A DNA stretch of 63,888 nt, the filler included, from Chrysochromulina tobinii (Eukaryota): NCBI GenBank assembly GCA_001275005.1. It is 11 parts of 11 records of this genome, joined end to end, with 100 filler letters (N's around TTAATTAATTAA, not from the genome) between each part and the next. Parts side by side here need not be neighbours in the genome. Positions count along the whole stretch, not along the records: positions 20,612 to 26,628 come from JWZX01000662.1; positions 26,729 to 41,378 come from JWZX01000663.1; 9 more parts are not named here. One strand, given 5' to 3'. This document shows, in pieces, positions 21,439 through 33,111 of this stretch (positions within the stretch are counted from its first letter, which is position 1; each line of letters starts with the position of its first letter). The notes below the pieces were generated by a model, which was not told the DNA's origin, ran no database searches, and saw only the letters and a program-made list of their open reading frames with translations. The position numbers were made by a program, and so were the translations under genes.

Positions 21439-23163
21439 TCACATCAGACGCCCAGTCCGGGGGTCTATATCATAGGTCCCTCGCCTGCCTACGTGGCCTT
21501 CCTTTTGCTGCGCCCTTCGACCGAGAGCGAGCGAGCCGTACATGGGCGCCTGCGACGACGCGCCGAGAGCGAGCGAGCCGTACATGGGCGCCTGCGACGA
21601 CGCGCCCAGGCCCGTGCCAACACTGGGCGGCCTGGGCGCGGCACCGAAGGTGCCAGGCGACGACGCGAGCACTGAGGATGCATGCGAGGGCGCCTTGGCA
21701 TGCTGCTGCTTCGACATCATCGTCATCAGCGGCTGCCCAGCACCACCAGCAGCAGCACCACCACCAGCGGCGCCCACTGAGGCTGAAGGGTGCAGGGCGC
21801 TGCCTCGGGCGCTGCCTCGGCCTAGGCCGCCGCCCAAGCCGCCGCCGTCGTCGAAGCCGACGGCCCCGCCGCCGCGTGCCTCGACCTCGCGCCTCAAGCT
21901 CCGATTCTCCTCACGGAGGCTCTGGAGCTCCCGTTTGAGATTGACGAAGTCGGTGAACACCGAGCGCCCGTCCCCTTCGGGAGGCGCCGCCGGCCGAGAT
22001 ATCATCTCGGGCGGCGGCGCGGGCGGCTGGACGAGCACCTGGGGCGGCGCCGCCAGCGCGGCCGCCAGCTCCGCGCTCATCTTGTCAAGCAGTGAGCTCA
22101 GCCCGGCCACCTCCACTCGATGAGATTCAGCGACCTGATGAGGGAAGCAATCAGTGGTCATCAGTGGTCATCAGTGGTCATCAGCACTCGATGAGATTCA
22201 GCGACCTGATGAGGGAAGCAATCAGTGGCCATCAGTGGTCATCAGCACTCGATGAGATTCAGCGACCTCCGCAGCTGCGGCCTCGAGCCGCTTGATCGTG
22301 AGGCGCGTCGTCCTGAGCTCGGCCTCGAGCATTTGCCGTTGCGCCTCGGAGGCCTTCACGTGCTCCTGCGCCTCCCCGAGCGCCGCGAACGACGCGTCAC
22401 GCATCGCTCGAGCCTCGGAGATCTCCGAGATCTCCTTTTGGAGCTGCTCAACTGCTCCTTCGGCCCGACGCGCCTCCTTTCGCGCAGCGTCCCGTTGCTC
22501 TTCGGCCGCGTGCGCGCGCGCTGTGGCCGCGGCGATGGCCGCATTGGCGGCGGCGGCGGCATCGGTCGCGCGCCGCGCGATGTCATTCGCGCTGCCGCTC
22601 ATCAACGCCTCGGCCTCCGCCGCGCGCCGCTCGACGTCGCTCAGCTGACGGAGCGCCTTCTCCTTCTCTGCGGAGGATAGCGCGAGCTCGAGGGCCATCG
22701 CGGACAGCTGGACGCGCCCCGCCTCGCACTCGTCGGCGCGCTCCTCGAGCTCCTTGGCGTACGCGCCGCGCACCTGGTCGAGCTGCGCCACCGCCATCTG
22801 CGCCTGCCTCCGCATCGTCTCCTTTAGGTCCTCGACCTGCTTGGTGAGCCGCTTGACCTCGTCCTGCGCGGCGGCGACGGAGGCATCCCTGTGTGCGCGG
22901 CCACCCGCAGCCTGCGCGCGCAGTTGGCCGACCTCGCGCGTCAGAGCCTCGATCTGCCGCTGCTCCTCGACGTACAGCGCATCGAGCTCCTCGGGTTTCA
23001 TTCGGGCGTGGACCTGGACCTGCGGCTGTGCGTTCAGCCGCCTCTCGAGCTCAGCGTTCTCGCGCTTGGCGGCTTGGAGCTGTTCGAGAAGCCGAATGTT
23101 GCTCGTTCGGAGCTGCTCCGCGTTCCCATCAGCCAGGGCATCGGCCAGTGCCGGCCTGGGCAT
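21439..23163 (-). CDS. Coiled-coil protein; 2 exons, with intron 22266-22135
   Basis: Heptad-rich ORFs 22222-23163 and 21439-22161 join in frame (AAAAE|VAESHRVEVAG) when the 132-nt GT-AG intron is removed. Confidence 0.75.
22135..22266 (-). mobile_element. Repeat-built intron (introner-like), two tandem units
   Basis: Three copies of the exonic 21-mer GTCGCTGAATCTCATCGAGTG, separated by (CTGATGACCA)n-CTGATTGCTTCCCTCATCAG. Confidence 0.7.
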
Positions 23164-23267
23164 TATGCCGACCGGGCTCCTGTCCTCAATGGCATTAAGG
23201 GAACGGTATGAAGTTTTGTTTCACAGTTCTATCTAGGCCACTAGGCGTGAAATTCAAGTGCCCCAAG

Positions 23268-24331
23268 TTATACCGCGCTGTCGAGCAGCCCGTGCTCGTC
23301 GGCCCGCTCCTCCTCCTTCTCTTTGAGCTCCTTGAGTGCCTGGTGCATCATGTACCCCATCGCCAGCACGAAGCTCACCGTGAGCGCGAGCGTGCCGATG
23401 GCCACTGTACGCGCGTGACGTCCCTGCCCTTGGGCGTGCGCGGCCACGACGCCCACGTCGGCGACCAGGTCGTTGTGCGCATCGAAGGCCTTCGCGAGCG
23501 AGCCTGCCTCGATCCCCACCAGCACGTCCGCCGCGAAGTGAAGCAGCTTCGACGGGAGCATCGTGATGATCAGTTAGTGGCAGTCAGTGGCAATCAGTGG
23601 CAATCAGTGGCAATCACGTGACGAACCTTCGACGGGAGCGCGCCAAGCACAAATGATCCAAAGGGCAACTCATGGGCGGGAATGAGGAGTCCGAGCAGCA
23701 GCGGGAGCGAGGAGGTGGGCAGCGGCGCCCACATGATGAGGAACGACGAGCGCACCGGCCGCGTCGCGATCGCGCGCCGTAGCGGCGAGAGGTACGCCAC
23801 CATCGACGGGGGCAAGAACTGCTGTATCATGCGGCTGGCGGGCGGGCCGCTGAAGCCGCGAGGGCTCTCGGGGGACTCGTCGCGCGCCTTGCCACAGCCG
23901 GAGGCGAGGCGGCGGCCGATGAGGAAGGGCAGCGGCACGCCCACGCTCAGCGACGCCACCAGGATCGGGTACGCGCGCCAGCGGAAGAAGCATCCGATCG
24001 CCACCGCCCAGGCCTGGTGCACGAGCGGCACGGGCAAGCCGAAATGGAAGGGGATGGTCACTGCGAAGAAGATGAAGGCGTGCCAGTGCGAGCGGCGATC
24101 CACACGATGCTCGGCCCAGTGAAAGAGCTGCAACACGTAAGTTGCGAGCTTCCACAGGCTCAGCCCGACGATGAGCGTTACGACGACCATGCACGTTCGG
24201 CGCCTGCACCTGGCTGTGCTCGCGTGGCCGCGCGGTGCCGATGGTTGGATGCGTACCGTCGGGGCGTCCGAGCCATTGTCACCGCGCACGGATGTCGTTC
24301 GCTCGACGTTATCCGAGTGGCGGTGTAACAT
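23268..24331 (-). CDS. VTT/SNARE-associated (TVP38/TMEM64-like) membrane protein; 2 exons, with intron 23626-23547
   Basis: TM helices with AIGCFF, LPFLIGRRL, MWAPLP and FVLGALPSK; in-frame join GALPSK|LLHFAAD. Confidence 0.65.
23547..23626 (-). mobile_element. Repeat-built intron (introner-like)
   Basis: GTTCGTCACG(TGATTGCCAC)3... ending in a 13-nt copy of the upstream exon end, GCTCCCGTCGAAG, which supplies the AG. Confidence 0.7.
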
Positions 24332-25133
24332 TGCGCTGCCGAATACTGCGCCGACATTTTGCGACTTCAAGTTCAACGAGTGACTCGCGGGCGCACGGAA
24401 AGTGTGAATTGGCTGTGAAAGCCTCGAAGAGGAGCTTTCGCCTTTTGAGAGCCCTCTAGGCATGACCCGTGCGACGTGGCACACGCGGCGCGAGCGGCCA
24501 ACGGACACTTATTAGGTCCGCCTTAGACGCTTTGAGGCGCTCGACGACTCGAGAGGGACAGCCTGGTTCAACGGCAACGCGCGTTTGCCGCGGCTCCGTC
24601 TCTCTTTCGCAGGCTCCTCAGAGATGAGCGCGCCGCTGAGTGCCTCTGAGAGCCTCGACGGTGCATCCATAAACTGTGTCTCGAAGTTTTACTTGTGGTG
24701 AGCTTTTGCCTTTTGAGAGCCCTCTTGGGCTCTTGGCACACTCATTGACGAGCTCGGGATTAATTTGCGAGGGGCGACGGGCCGTGGCTTTCGCGCTCAG
24801 AGCACACAGACGGACAGACGGCGAGGCAACACACGAGGATCGAAGCGTCGTCGCGGGCGGCGCGCCATGTCCAGGGCCAGGGCTCCGGCGCGCGCGCGCT
24901 CGAGGCGAGGCGAACGCGGCCGACACTGCTCCTTATACCTTAAGTCTAATAAGTCAGCTTTGTAATGCTTTGTTTTTTGAGATGCATTCATGTGCATTTC
25001 CAAACGGAAGTGGGGTTGTGCTATTTTTGACACCATCCCGAACACAAAAAGAGTCCAAAGGAGATAAAGACGGTGAAGGACGCTAAAAACTCCGCTCTCG
25101 AGTCTCGTGGAGCGCGTCTGACGGGCGCCGCGA

Positions 25134-26219
25134 ATGTCCAACGCGACCGATACGGATGAACCCATCAACACGCAAGCCTTCACCAAGGCGCTGCTCGCCG
25201 TGAGTTTTGCCGAGGTCTTTGACAAGACGTGGTTCGTGACACTCGTCATGTCGATCCAGTACAACAAGTGCGTGTCGTTTGTGATGTCGCTGACGGGGCT
25301 ATGGGTGCACGTGTTCATCGCGGCGGGCCTCGGGTACGCCATCTCGCAGATCCCGGGCGTGCGCGACTCAACGCTCGACTTTATCTGCGCTGGCGTCATG
25401 CTCCTCTTTGCCGTGTGGTACGGGTTTGAGGCGTACACGGAGAACAGTGACACCGACGTGATCGCCGAGGGCAGGGCAGAGATAGAGGAAGATCTGAAGA
25501 GCGCCGAGGCGGGCGCCAGCAGCAGCGCGGCCGACGGCAAGGCATCCACGTCAACGTCCTCTGCCACCGAGGCAACTCCGATGGTGGGGAAAGCAGGCGG
25601 CGGGGACCACTCGACGACGGATCTGTACTGGCCCGCGGGCGGCTGGTGCTCTGCTCTACATCTGCCTCGGTGCGACGCGAAGCTGCTGCGCGAGGCGGGC
25701 GCGATGTTCGGGATCATCTTCATGGCCGAGTGGGGCGACCGCACGCAATTCGTGATGATCTCCTTGCACGCCTCGCAGCCGCTATGGCCCGTGGTGATCG
25801 GGTCGGCGCTCGCCTTTTTGATCCTATGTACGTCGGCCGTGCTTTGTGCGTGGTTCATCGAGGCGTCGGTGGTGGAGATGAAGCTCTCGAAGAAGACGCT
25901 CAACTGCATCGTCGCCGTCGCCTTCGTCGCCTTCGCCATCGTCTCCTTGATCGATGGCCTTCATGCGATGGAACTCGGCACCGACAGCTCGACACGGCGC
26001 CCGTACAAGCACAGCGTGCAAGCCCAAGCCGACGCCGACGCGAGCGTTCGTGCGTGCGTGCGTGCGTGCGTGCGTGCCGTCTCTTCTCATGAACAGCCCC
26101 TTCCGTCGCACAGGGCGTCTCCAGTGCGGTGTGGGTTTGATTGCCGTCCGGCGCCGATTTTTTGCACGTCTCGTTGCGCGCGCGCCGCGGGGAGCTTGGA
26201 AGTGAAACCTCGACAATAA
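25134..26219 (+). CDS. GDT1/TMEM165 (UPF0016) Ca2+/Mn2+ transporter
   Basis: Two E-x-G/F-D-K/R-T motifs (FAEVFDKTW, FMAEWGDRTQ), each in a 3-TM repeat. The 3' end is uncertain. Confidence 0.9.
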   Translation: MSNATDTDEPINTQAFTKALLAVSFAEVFDKTWFVTLVMSIQYNKCVSFVMSLTGLWVHVFIAAGLGYAISQIPGVRDSTLDFICAGVMLLFAVWYGFEAYTENSDTDVIAEGRAEIEEDLKSAEAGASSSAADGKASTSTSSATEATPMVGKAGGGDHSTTDLYWPAGGWCSALHLPRCDAKLLREAGAMFGIIFMAEWGDRTQFVMISLHASQPLWPVVIGSALAFLILCTSAVLCAWFIEASVVEMKLSKKTLNCIVAVAFVAFAIVSLIDGLHAMELGTDSSTRRPYKHSVQAQADADASVRACVRACVRAVSSHEQPLPSHRASPVRCGFDCRPAPIFCTSRCARAAGSLEVKPRQ

Positions 26220-27132
26220 TCTCGAACCGAGAGCGCAGGCGACTTGTGTGGCATTCGTTGGTGTGAAAGGGATAGTGGCATGGTGATGTCGATCGGTTGT
26301 GTGATCCGTTTTGGGGAGCCGGGACAAGCGAACAGGACGGTTGGGGTGCCGAGACCCGGGGCTTAACGGGGCGCACGCTCTGTCGCAAGAAGTGTGAAAA
26401 CTCCTTCTCCTGCGTCCTGGCGTTAGTGGAAAATGCATACGTATGTACGCCGGTCCGCTGTCTTCCGGTGTCAAGTTTATCACCATTGCGTGAGCTGTTA
26501 ATAGTGAAAAGACTTTGACCACGCATCGAATAGTGCACGAGTTGGAACCGTCGAGCGGGAGAGAGTTCAAATCACCATGGAAATCACATCCTGAGTGTTG
26601 ATGAATTGTTGATGAATCAAGTATCGACNNNNNNNNNNNNNNNNNNNNNNNNNNNNNNNNNNNNNNNNNNNNTTAATTAATTAANNNNNNNNNNNNNNNN
26701 NNNNNNNNNNNNNNNNNNNNNNNNNNNNATATGAATGCACACACATGCATATGAATGCACATGAATGCGTATGTTAAAAAACAACACCACTTTCGTTAAA
26801 AAACAACACTCCACCCTGTCGGGCTCGTTGTCGGCGCGGCGTTGACCGTTGAGCTGAGGGCGGCCGGTGGTGGGACGGAAACGGTGTCAAGTCTCTAAAA
26901 GCCAGGGGGCTCGCCTTCGGGTGCGCCGTCGACAGCATTCCCACTGCGGGAACTTCTCCACCGCCATAGTAGTCACTCTGCGGCTCACTCTGCGGCGCAC
27001 TCAGCCTTGTTGAGTGTGGGGGTGCGCGAGCGGCAGAGATACAGAGGATCGCAGGATCCCGCCGGGATATTCCCCCAGGGCGTTTGTCTAAATGCACTGA
27101 AGAGAGAGGACAGACAAAATGAAAATCTGTAA

Positions 27133-29652
27133 CCGGTAAAAAGATACCGGGGGGAGCCGGGACCAATTGGCGGGGACACACACGGGACACACGGACCGAG
27201 GGCGAACCTCACAGTTAAACCGGGATAGTATTCGTTTGTCCGCCGCCGGTCCCTCGTGTGTGGGTTGCGCGCGTCACGGGCATCGCGGTCGCGCGGCGGC
27301 CGCGGGCGTATCCGTTGGCTTTCGGTCCCGGGTCCGTGGCAGTGGTCCGCGGGCAGGACTCGGATTCGGCGCGGGCCGCGGGCCTGGCGACTGGGTTCAA
27401 CTCAAGTACCTTGGAACCAGAGGCTCACCACGATGGATAATCCTCAGGAAGCACCCACGGGTCAGGGGTCTTCCACTCCCGGAGCCGGACACACTGTGGT
27501 TGGTGCACACACAGAAGCTAAGCAAGAACAAGACCCGTACCGGTCCGACGATTCCACAACGCCGCACCGCAACGCACCACGCGCAAACCGAATCCTGCGC
27601 GCTCGCGGGCGCGCGCTTGCTATCCGGGCGGCTTGCAGCTGGCGAGCACGTCCCCAACCCTCCGGAACAGAACTTTGTCCGCAACATCCATGTTCATAAC
27701 TGCCGCGGTATCGTCTTGTGTTGGGGCTCCGTTGGCGCTCTGCTGAGCGCTTGAAGTCCCCTTTACCTCAACCCTTGTGTGTTGAGCCCTGTTTGATGCT
27801 GTGATTCCACCGGAAGTCTCAAGACACCCCTGCCATTAGCGCAGACGCACACTCTGGCATCAGTGCCTCAGCGAGGGGCGGCTGCTCTTTGCAATTGTTG
27901 GGCATGCCAGGCACTGTCAAACATGGCAGCGGTGCAAAGAGGAACAGGCGCTCAAGCGCACGCTGCGGCGACCCGCGATATGCAGCGATCAGGTCCCAGC
28001 TCTCTTGCGGCGCAGGTGACTTGACGCGCTCATTGAGTTCAAGTTCATATGAACTTTGCCACCATGTTCCATCAACGCGAACGAGGCCTCGCTCGTGTGT
28101 GAGGTACACAGCATAATGGGCAGCGGAGAGATTGGCAACAAAGTCTCGCAGCATGGCTCCACCGACGATCGTCGCTGGATCCTGCTTGAATACCAGGTTG
28201 CGTTCCATCAGTGTACCATCCTTTGCTGATACCTGCCGAGCTTTCTTGCGCATGAGCTTAATGGTGATGTTCGAGAATAGCGTGCTCCATCCAAAGCTGT
28301 ACTCGAAACTCAAGAAAAGAGGTGGTCTCACGCTCATCAGCCTGGTGAGGCCTTGCAGCACGGCTGGTTCGTGGCCATTGGTGTCCACCTTGATGTAAAG
28401 GATCGAGCGGTTGAAGCTATGCTCGCTCTCCCACCAATCAAGCGAGGTTACCCTTGTACGGAAGACATGATTCCTCTTTGATTGCCCACTTCCTCCTGTG
28501 AGCGTGAGCGTTTGCACCTTGTCCGTGCCTTCCATCGGACTCGCCAATAGTTCGCTCTGCTTTGCGCCCACACCTATTCGATGGACTTCGTGCGTGCTGC
28601 CTGGCGCTGCGATCTTGAGGGCGAGCATGGCTTCCTTCTGCAACTGATCTGCAACGCTGTGCTGCATTTCAAAAGCGTGCACTGAGACAGCAACGTCGCT
28701 GACTTTAAGGACAAGTAGAGAATCGGATCCAGTATAATATTCAGGTGGACCGAAAGCTGCCGCACCAACGTCGAGCACAATGGGCATCTTCACTGCAGCA
28801 AGAGCTGCTGACTCTCGAAGTCGGTCACTGAGCAATGCTTTGCGCAACGCTGGCAGCTGTGCTGTTATGCGCTTGAGCGCATTGTTGCGGCTGACCTGGA
28901 AGCCGAGCGGCTCATTGTTCATGAACGTGAGTGCTTTCGTCTTGCACTCGGTAGACGGCGCGGTCGCAAAGATGCCATTCGCCAGGACGAATAGGGACCC
29001 TGCGAACGTATCGGCCCGTCCCATCGCGCAAATCGGATTTCAGTGTGAAGCTTCATTCCTGTATCCGGATACCGGTAAAAAGACACCGGGGGAGCCGGGG
29101 GTGACCCGTGTGTGTCCCGTGTGTGTCCCGGCTCCCTCAGGTGTCTTTTTACTGGTAGGGGGCTCTGGCCGCACTGCCGGCCGCTACGCGTCTGCCGCGC
29201 GCGCCTTCATTTCGCCGACCACCTTCGACAGCAGGCGCGGGGAGGCGCTCTGGGAGCGGGTGGAGGCAGGGTCGGGTTCGCTGGGGGCGGCCTCTTCTGA
29301 GTCGGCCGCGGGGAGCGGTCGGCTCCGGGCCTGCGGCTGTTGAGTCGGCCACGGCTTCGGTCGTCGCGCTGACGTGCGTCGTGCGGGTACTTGTGTGTTG
29401 TTGGTGGGTTTGGATGGTTGTGACTTGTGAGGTTCGTCTGTGTGGTCCGTGTGCCTTTGTGCGCCCGCGTGTCCCGTGTGTGTCCCGTGTGTGTCCCGGC
29501 TCCTCCGGTGTCTTTTTACCGGTAGCGGGTTGTGTGTTGTGGGTTTGGATGGATGGTTGTGAGGTTCGTCTGTGTGAACATGTTCCTCTTGATGTCGCGT
29601 TAACGATGTTCCTCCCATGTGTGTCCCGGCTCCCCCCGGTGTCTTTTTACGG
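27133..29652. mobile_element. MITE family with TIR CCGGTAAAAAGACACCGGGGGAGCCGGG and probable TA target site (Tc1/mariner-like)
   Basis: Complete 84-bp TA-flanked copy at 29072-29155. Left end at 27133; right ends at 29522 and 29652. Degenerate copies at about 39043-39210 and 49620. Confidence 0.75.
27819..29024 (-). CDS. FkbM-family (Methyltransf_21) SAM-dependent methyltransferase with N-terminal signal/anchor
   Basis: IVLDVGAA, VHAFEM, VTSLDWW, ILYIKVDTNGHEPAVLQG and LSFEY. Confidence 0.8.
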   Translation of the reverse strand: MGRADTFAGSLFVLANGIFATAPSTECKTKALTFMNNEPLGFQVSRNNALKRITAQLPALRKALLSDRLRESAALAAVKMPIVLDVGAAAFGPPEYYTGSDSLLVLKVSDVAVSVHAFEMQHSVADQLQKEAMLALKIAAPGSTHEVHRIGVGAKQSELLASPMEGTDKVQTLTLTGGSGQSKRNHVFRTRVTSLDWWESEHSFNRSILYIKVDTNGHEPAVLQGLTRLMSVRPPLFLSFEYSFGWSTLFSNITIKLMRKKARQVSAKDGTLMERNLVFKQDPATIVGGAMLRDFVANLSAAHYAVYLTHERGLVRVDGTWWQSSYELELNERVKSPAPQESWDLIAAYRGSPQRALERLFLFAPLPCLTVPGMPNNCKEQPPLAEALMPECASALMAGVS

Positions 29653-29805
29653 TAAACCCCACGAGCGTGATCGTTACTGATACGATTAAAACCACACACA
29701 TGAACTGCTGACAGATGATAGGAATCGATGCGATTGGAATGTTTCCCCTTTTTTGGGGAGAAAGTCCGCAGTCCTCGCGTTCATACATGCACCGCCTGTC
29801 CCCTC

Positions 29806-30807
29806 CTACTCGTATGCAGATCGTCGAGCCAAATTGGCGAGGCCAAATCTTTCCCTTACGTGGTTCAGCACTGGGTGTGAAGCATTGGCGGCCGTGGCGA
29901 CGTTCCGTGTGAATATGAGGTCCTCCGTGTCACCCCGCGCCACCTCATAGGCCTCGAGGAAGGTGTAGCCGTTGCCGGCCATGGCGCGTTGGATGCGAGC
30001 CTTTTTGCCGCGCTGTGCGGGATACCTCCCCTCGTGGAGCTGCTCGATCTGGACGACCTCGATGTTGAACTCGGCCCACGGGAAGTCCTCGATGATGTCC
30101 GCCTCCGACCCCTCGGTGTCGATGGTCATGTAATCCACTGTTTGAACCCGGTGTGCTCGCAACTCGTCGGCGAGGTGGAAGCACTTGACCTTCATGGTGC
30201 GTCGTATACTCGTGTTGCGTAACGGCTCGTACGTTGTCATGGCGCCGCTCATGCCAGGGAGCTGGCTAATCCCAAATGTGAGCTCAGTCTGGGCGCGTGG
30301 GCACACGGCGCCCTCGTACACGATGGCGGCCGGTCGGTTCTGTCGCAGGTTCGGCAGCTGACTCGGGTCTCCTTCGAACAGCATGCCTCGCCAGCCCAAC
30401 TGCTTCTCGAAGAAGTACGTGTTGCTGTGCTTCTTGCCGTCACGCGCGCCGAACTCGACATAGAAGCCTTTGCCACATTTGAGTAGCAGGTTCTTGAGGA
30501 CGTGCTTATCTTGCCCGGCTTGCGCCTGGAAGTCACGTTGCGCCTGGAAGACCCTTTCCAAAGTGACGCAAAGTGAATGCATCAGTCTTCAGTGCAAGCC
30601 TTCAGAGTCCTCGCCAAGCGTGCGTGTACACGCCCTCCCCTCCACCTGCGTGCTAGGAAACAAGCGGGCGTGGACGTCGGCGCTCGTATGCGATTGCGAG
30701 ATGCCGTGCCGTACCGAACAGTTCCTTGGTGGTTTCATGGGTGAACGGTATTCAATTACGTGTATATTAAAGTAAGTCCACAGTCCGACCAGTTGTACCC
30801 CTTCCAT
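29806..30807 (-). CDS. FkbM-family methyltransferase (probable intron 30645-30544; start uncertain)
   Basis: QAGQD, GFYVEFGARDG..SNTYFFEKQLGWRGMLFE and VDYMTIDTEGSE. Confidence 0.85.
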
Positions 30808-30980
30808 CTAGAGAAGGCACTGCCCGGTCGCTGCTCTGGGGCAGGGAAAAGCAAGGACTCGTTCTCTTGGGCTTCTCACGTTATTTCCTAAATGTAAATG
30901 TGCGACATCTTGCGAGAGGTTACGACTTAGGGAGAGGCTCGTTGCTGCCTCTTGCAGCCTCTTCGTGTCAGAGGCTCATC

Positions 30981-31124
30981 GGCGCGAGATTTTGACCTAG
31001 GGGGAGGGTTTCACTACTCAGGTAGTTACCCTATGGTGTTTCAACACTGTGGGGCGCGAGATTTTGACCTAGGGGGAGGGTTTCACTACTCAGGTAGCTA
31101 CCCTATGGTGTTTCAACACAGTGG
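30981..31124. repeat. 72-bp tandem duplication
   Basis: GGCGCGAGATTTTGACCTAGGGGGAGGG...TTTCAACAC occurs twice, near-identical. Confidence 0.85.
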
Positions 31125-31714
31125 CTCAATGTCGCGCGGCGTTGAGCTGCACCTGCCGTGCAGAGCGCGGGGCCGCTCTCAGCGGCCGGGCGGGCCGCCC
31201 GAGGGGCGAAGCGCCCCGGTGGGGGAGCCAGGCGGGGACGAGCCACCCGGACCCGCCGCCGTCGGGGCTCGGGGCGCGGGGCAAACGACATAACCGGACA
31301 TGATGAACCTCAAAGCTCAATCCATGCCTCAATCCATGCCTCAATCCATGCCTCAATCGGCGCAACGTCATTTTCGCACACGTTCTCAATTGAATTCGCA
31401 ATGCGGATTGCGGAATCGTTTGCCACGGCGGACATTTGACGACGCGACAGAACTGAAGAGTCACACGCAGCGGAACGACTGGGGATAATGCGGTACCGAC
31501 TAATTGTGTGTGGGTACTCGTACTGTCGTGTGAGTACCGTGCCGGTGTTTGTGTTTGCCGCCGCCGGCGGCAGCATCTCCACGTCGGGCCCTGCCAACGG
31601 TATAGTACGGTGACACGGAGAGCGGGCCAGCGGCGCCGCGAAGAGAACCATGCACGTCACCCATGGCTTCGAAAGTGCGCCAGGAATCTGAAACGAAGGG
31701 CTGGGATGTTCGTT

Positions 31715-32915
31715 TCAGATGTCCTGGACGAGGTCGTCGTGCTTTTGGCTGGCGCGAAGTTCGGCGAGCGCGCGCTCGAGGCGCTTGTTTGCGATGATGC
31801 CGAGCGCGGCCTTGCGCAGCCTCTGGTTGGCCCGGTACTTCTTGAGCGCCTTTCGCATACCGGCCAGGATGGTAGCCGGCGCCTCACCCTGCACCCATGC
31901 GTTGTCGAGCACTTGCTTCGCCGTCAGGCGCTTGTCGGGCTTGACGATGAGGCACCCCTTGACGAGGTTCTTGGCCCCATCCGAGATCTCGTCCCACCAA
32001 GGCGAGGGGAAGTCGTACCTCGCCTTGAGGATTGAGTCGAAGAGCGCGGGCAGCTCCGGCTCATAAAAGGGCGGGAAGCCGCACAGCATGATGTACAAGA
32101 TCACTCCGACCGACCACATGTCGACCGCGGGGCTGTCGTATCCCTTGTTGGCGAGAATCTCGGGCGCGACGTAGCCGGGCGTGCCGCACGCCGTCTTCAT
32201 CATCTGCCCGCCTTGGGCCATCGTGCGCGCCAGCCCAAAATCAGCCAGCTTGAGGGTTTCGTCAGGCGCAGGCAGCGCGTACAGCAGGTTCTCGGGCTTC
32301 AGGTCGCGGTGCACGATGTTCTTGTCATGCATGTAGCCGAGCGCACTGCAAAGCTGAGCTACGACGCCGGCGGCATCCTTCTCAGAGTAGCTGCCCTTGT
32401 CGACGATTCGGTCAAAGAGCTCACCGCCCGACACGAGCTCCATCACCAACGTCACGGTCTTTGGCTCGTAAAAGACCTCGTAGAGCTGAATGATGTTGGG
32501 ATGGCTCAGCACGTGCATGATCGCTACCTCGCGCGTGATGTCGTTCATGTCCTCCACCTTGCTCCTATCGATAATCTTGAGTGCGTATTGTACATCCTGC
32601 CTCATGTCCGAGCTCTTCTGCAGATCATTGTACCTGAAGGTGCCATCCTCATTGACAACCTTGGCGTAATCTTCGGCGGTACCGTGCTTGCGAGGCACCA
32701 CGAGTTGAGCTTTGAAGACCTCGGCGAAGGCGCCCTCGCCGAGCTTCTTCTTCTTGTCATATCTGTAGAAAGTTGTGACCGATTCTCCGCTTGTGTCTCC
32801 ACCGAGAGATTTCTCGGTGTTCTTCTTGCGAAACAAGAACCTGCGGTGGGCGCAGCCGTCAGTTCGTCGAAGCAGACGAGCTAGCTCTGCTGCTGGCGCG
32901 GCGCGTGGCGTACAT
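31715..32915 (-). CDS. CaMK1-like Ser/Thr kinase; probable intron 32913-32841
   Basis: LGEGAFAEV, YALKIID, HRDLKPENLL, LADFGLA, TACGTPGYVAPE and DMWSVGVI, plus a basic CaM-binding-like tail. Confidence 0.92.
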
Positions 32916-33111
32916 GGTGGAGGAACCCAAGCCGGAACCGCAAGCAATGCACCGCGGAAAGGGATGGATAGAAGAGTTTGGCCGCACGGGAGTTTGGAAT
33001 CCACAACTCCTGGGGAAAAAACCTTCGCGTTCTCTTCGGCTCTTCAGTCATCAACCCCTTCGGTGTTGCGTCAACGCATGGATTGAGACCTAATCATTTT
33101 GTCGGACCGCA

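Noticed and set aside
22114..22268. Repeat-spacer-repeat pattern resembling a mini CRISPR array
   Set aside because: The spacers are near-identical tandem 10-mers, the repeat is exon sequence, the context is eukaryotic and there are no cas genes.
24432..24729. Duplicated 29-mer GAGCTTTYGCCTTTTGAGAGCCCTCT in the VTT/GDT1 intergenic region
   Set aside because: The duplication is real, but with only two copies and no further structure there is no basis for a functional claim.
30583..30591. In-frame TGA between two ORFs of the second FkbM gene (possible readthrough or selenocysteine)
   Set aside because: More simply explained by a 102-nt GT-AG intron (30645-30544) that removes the stop.
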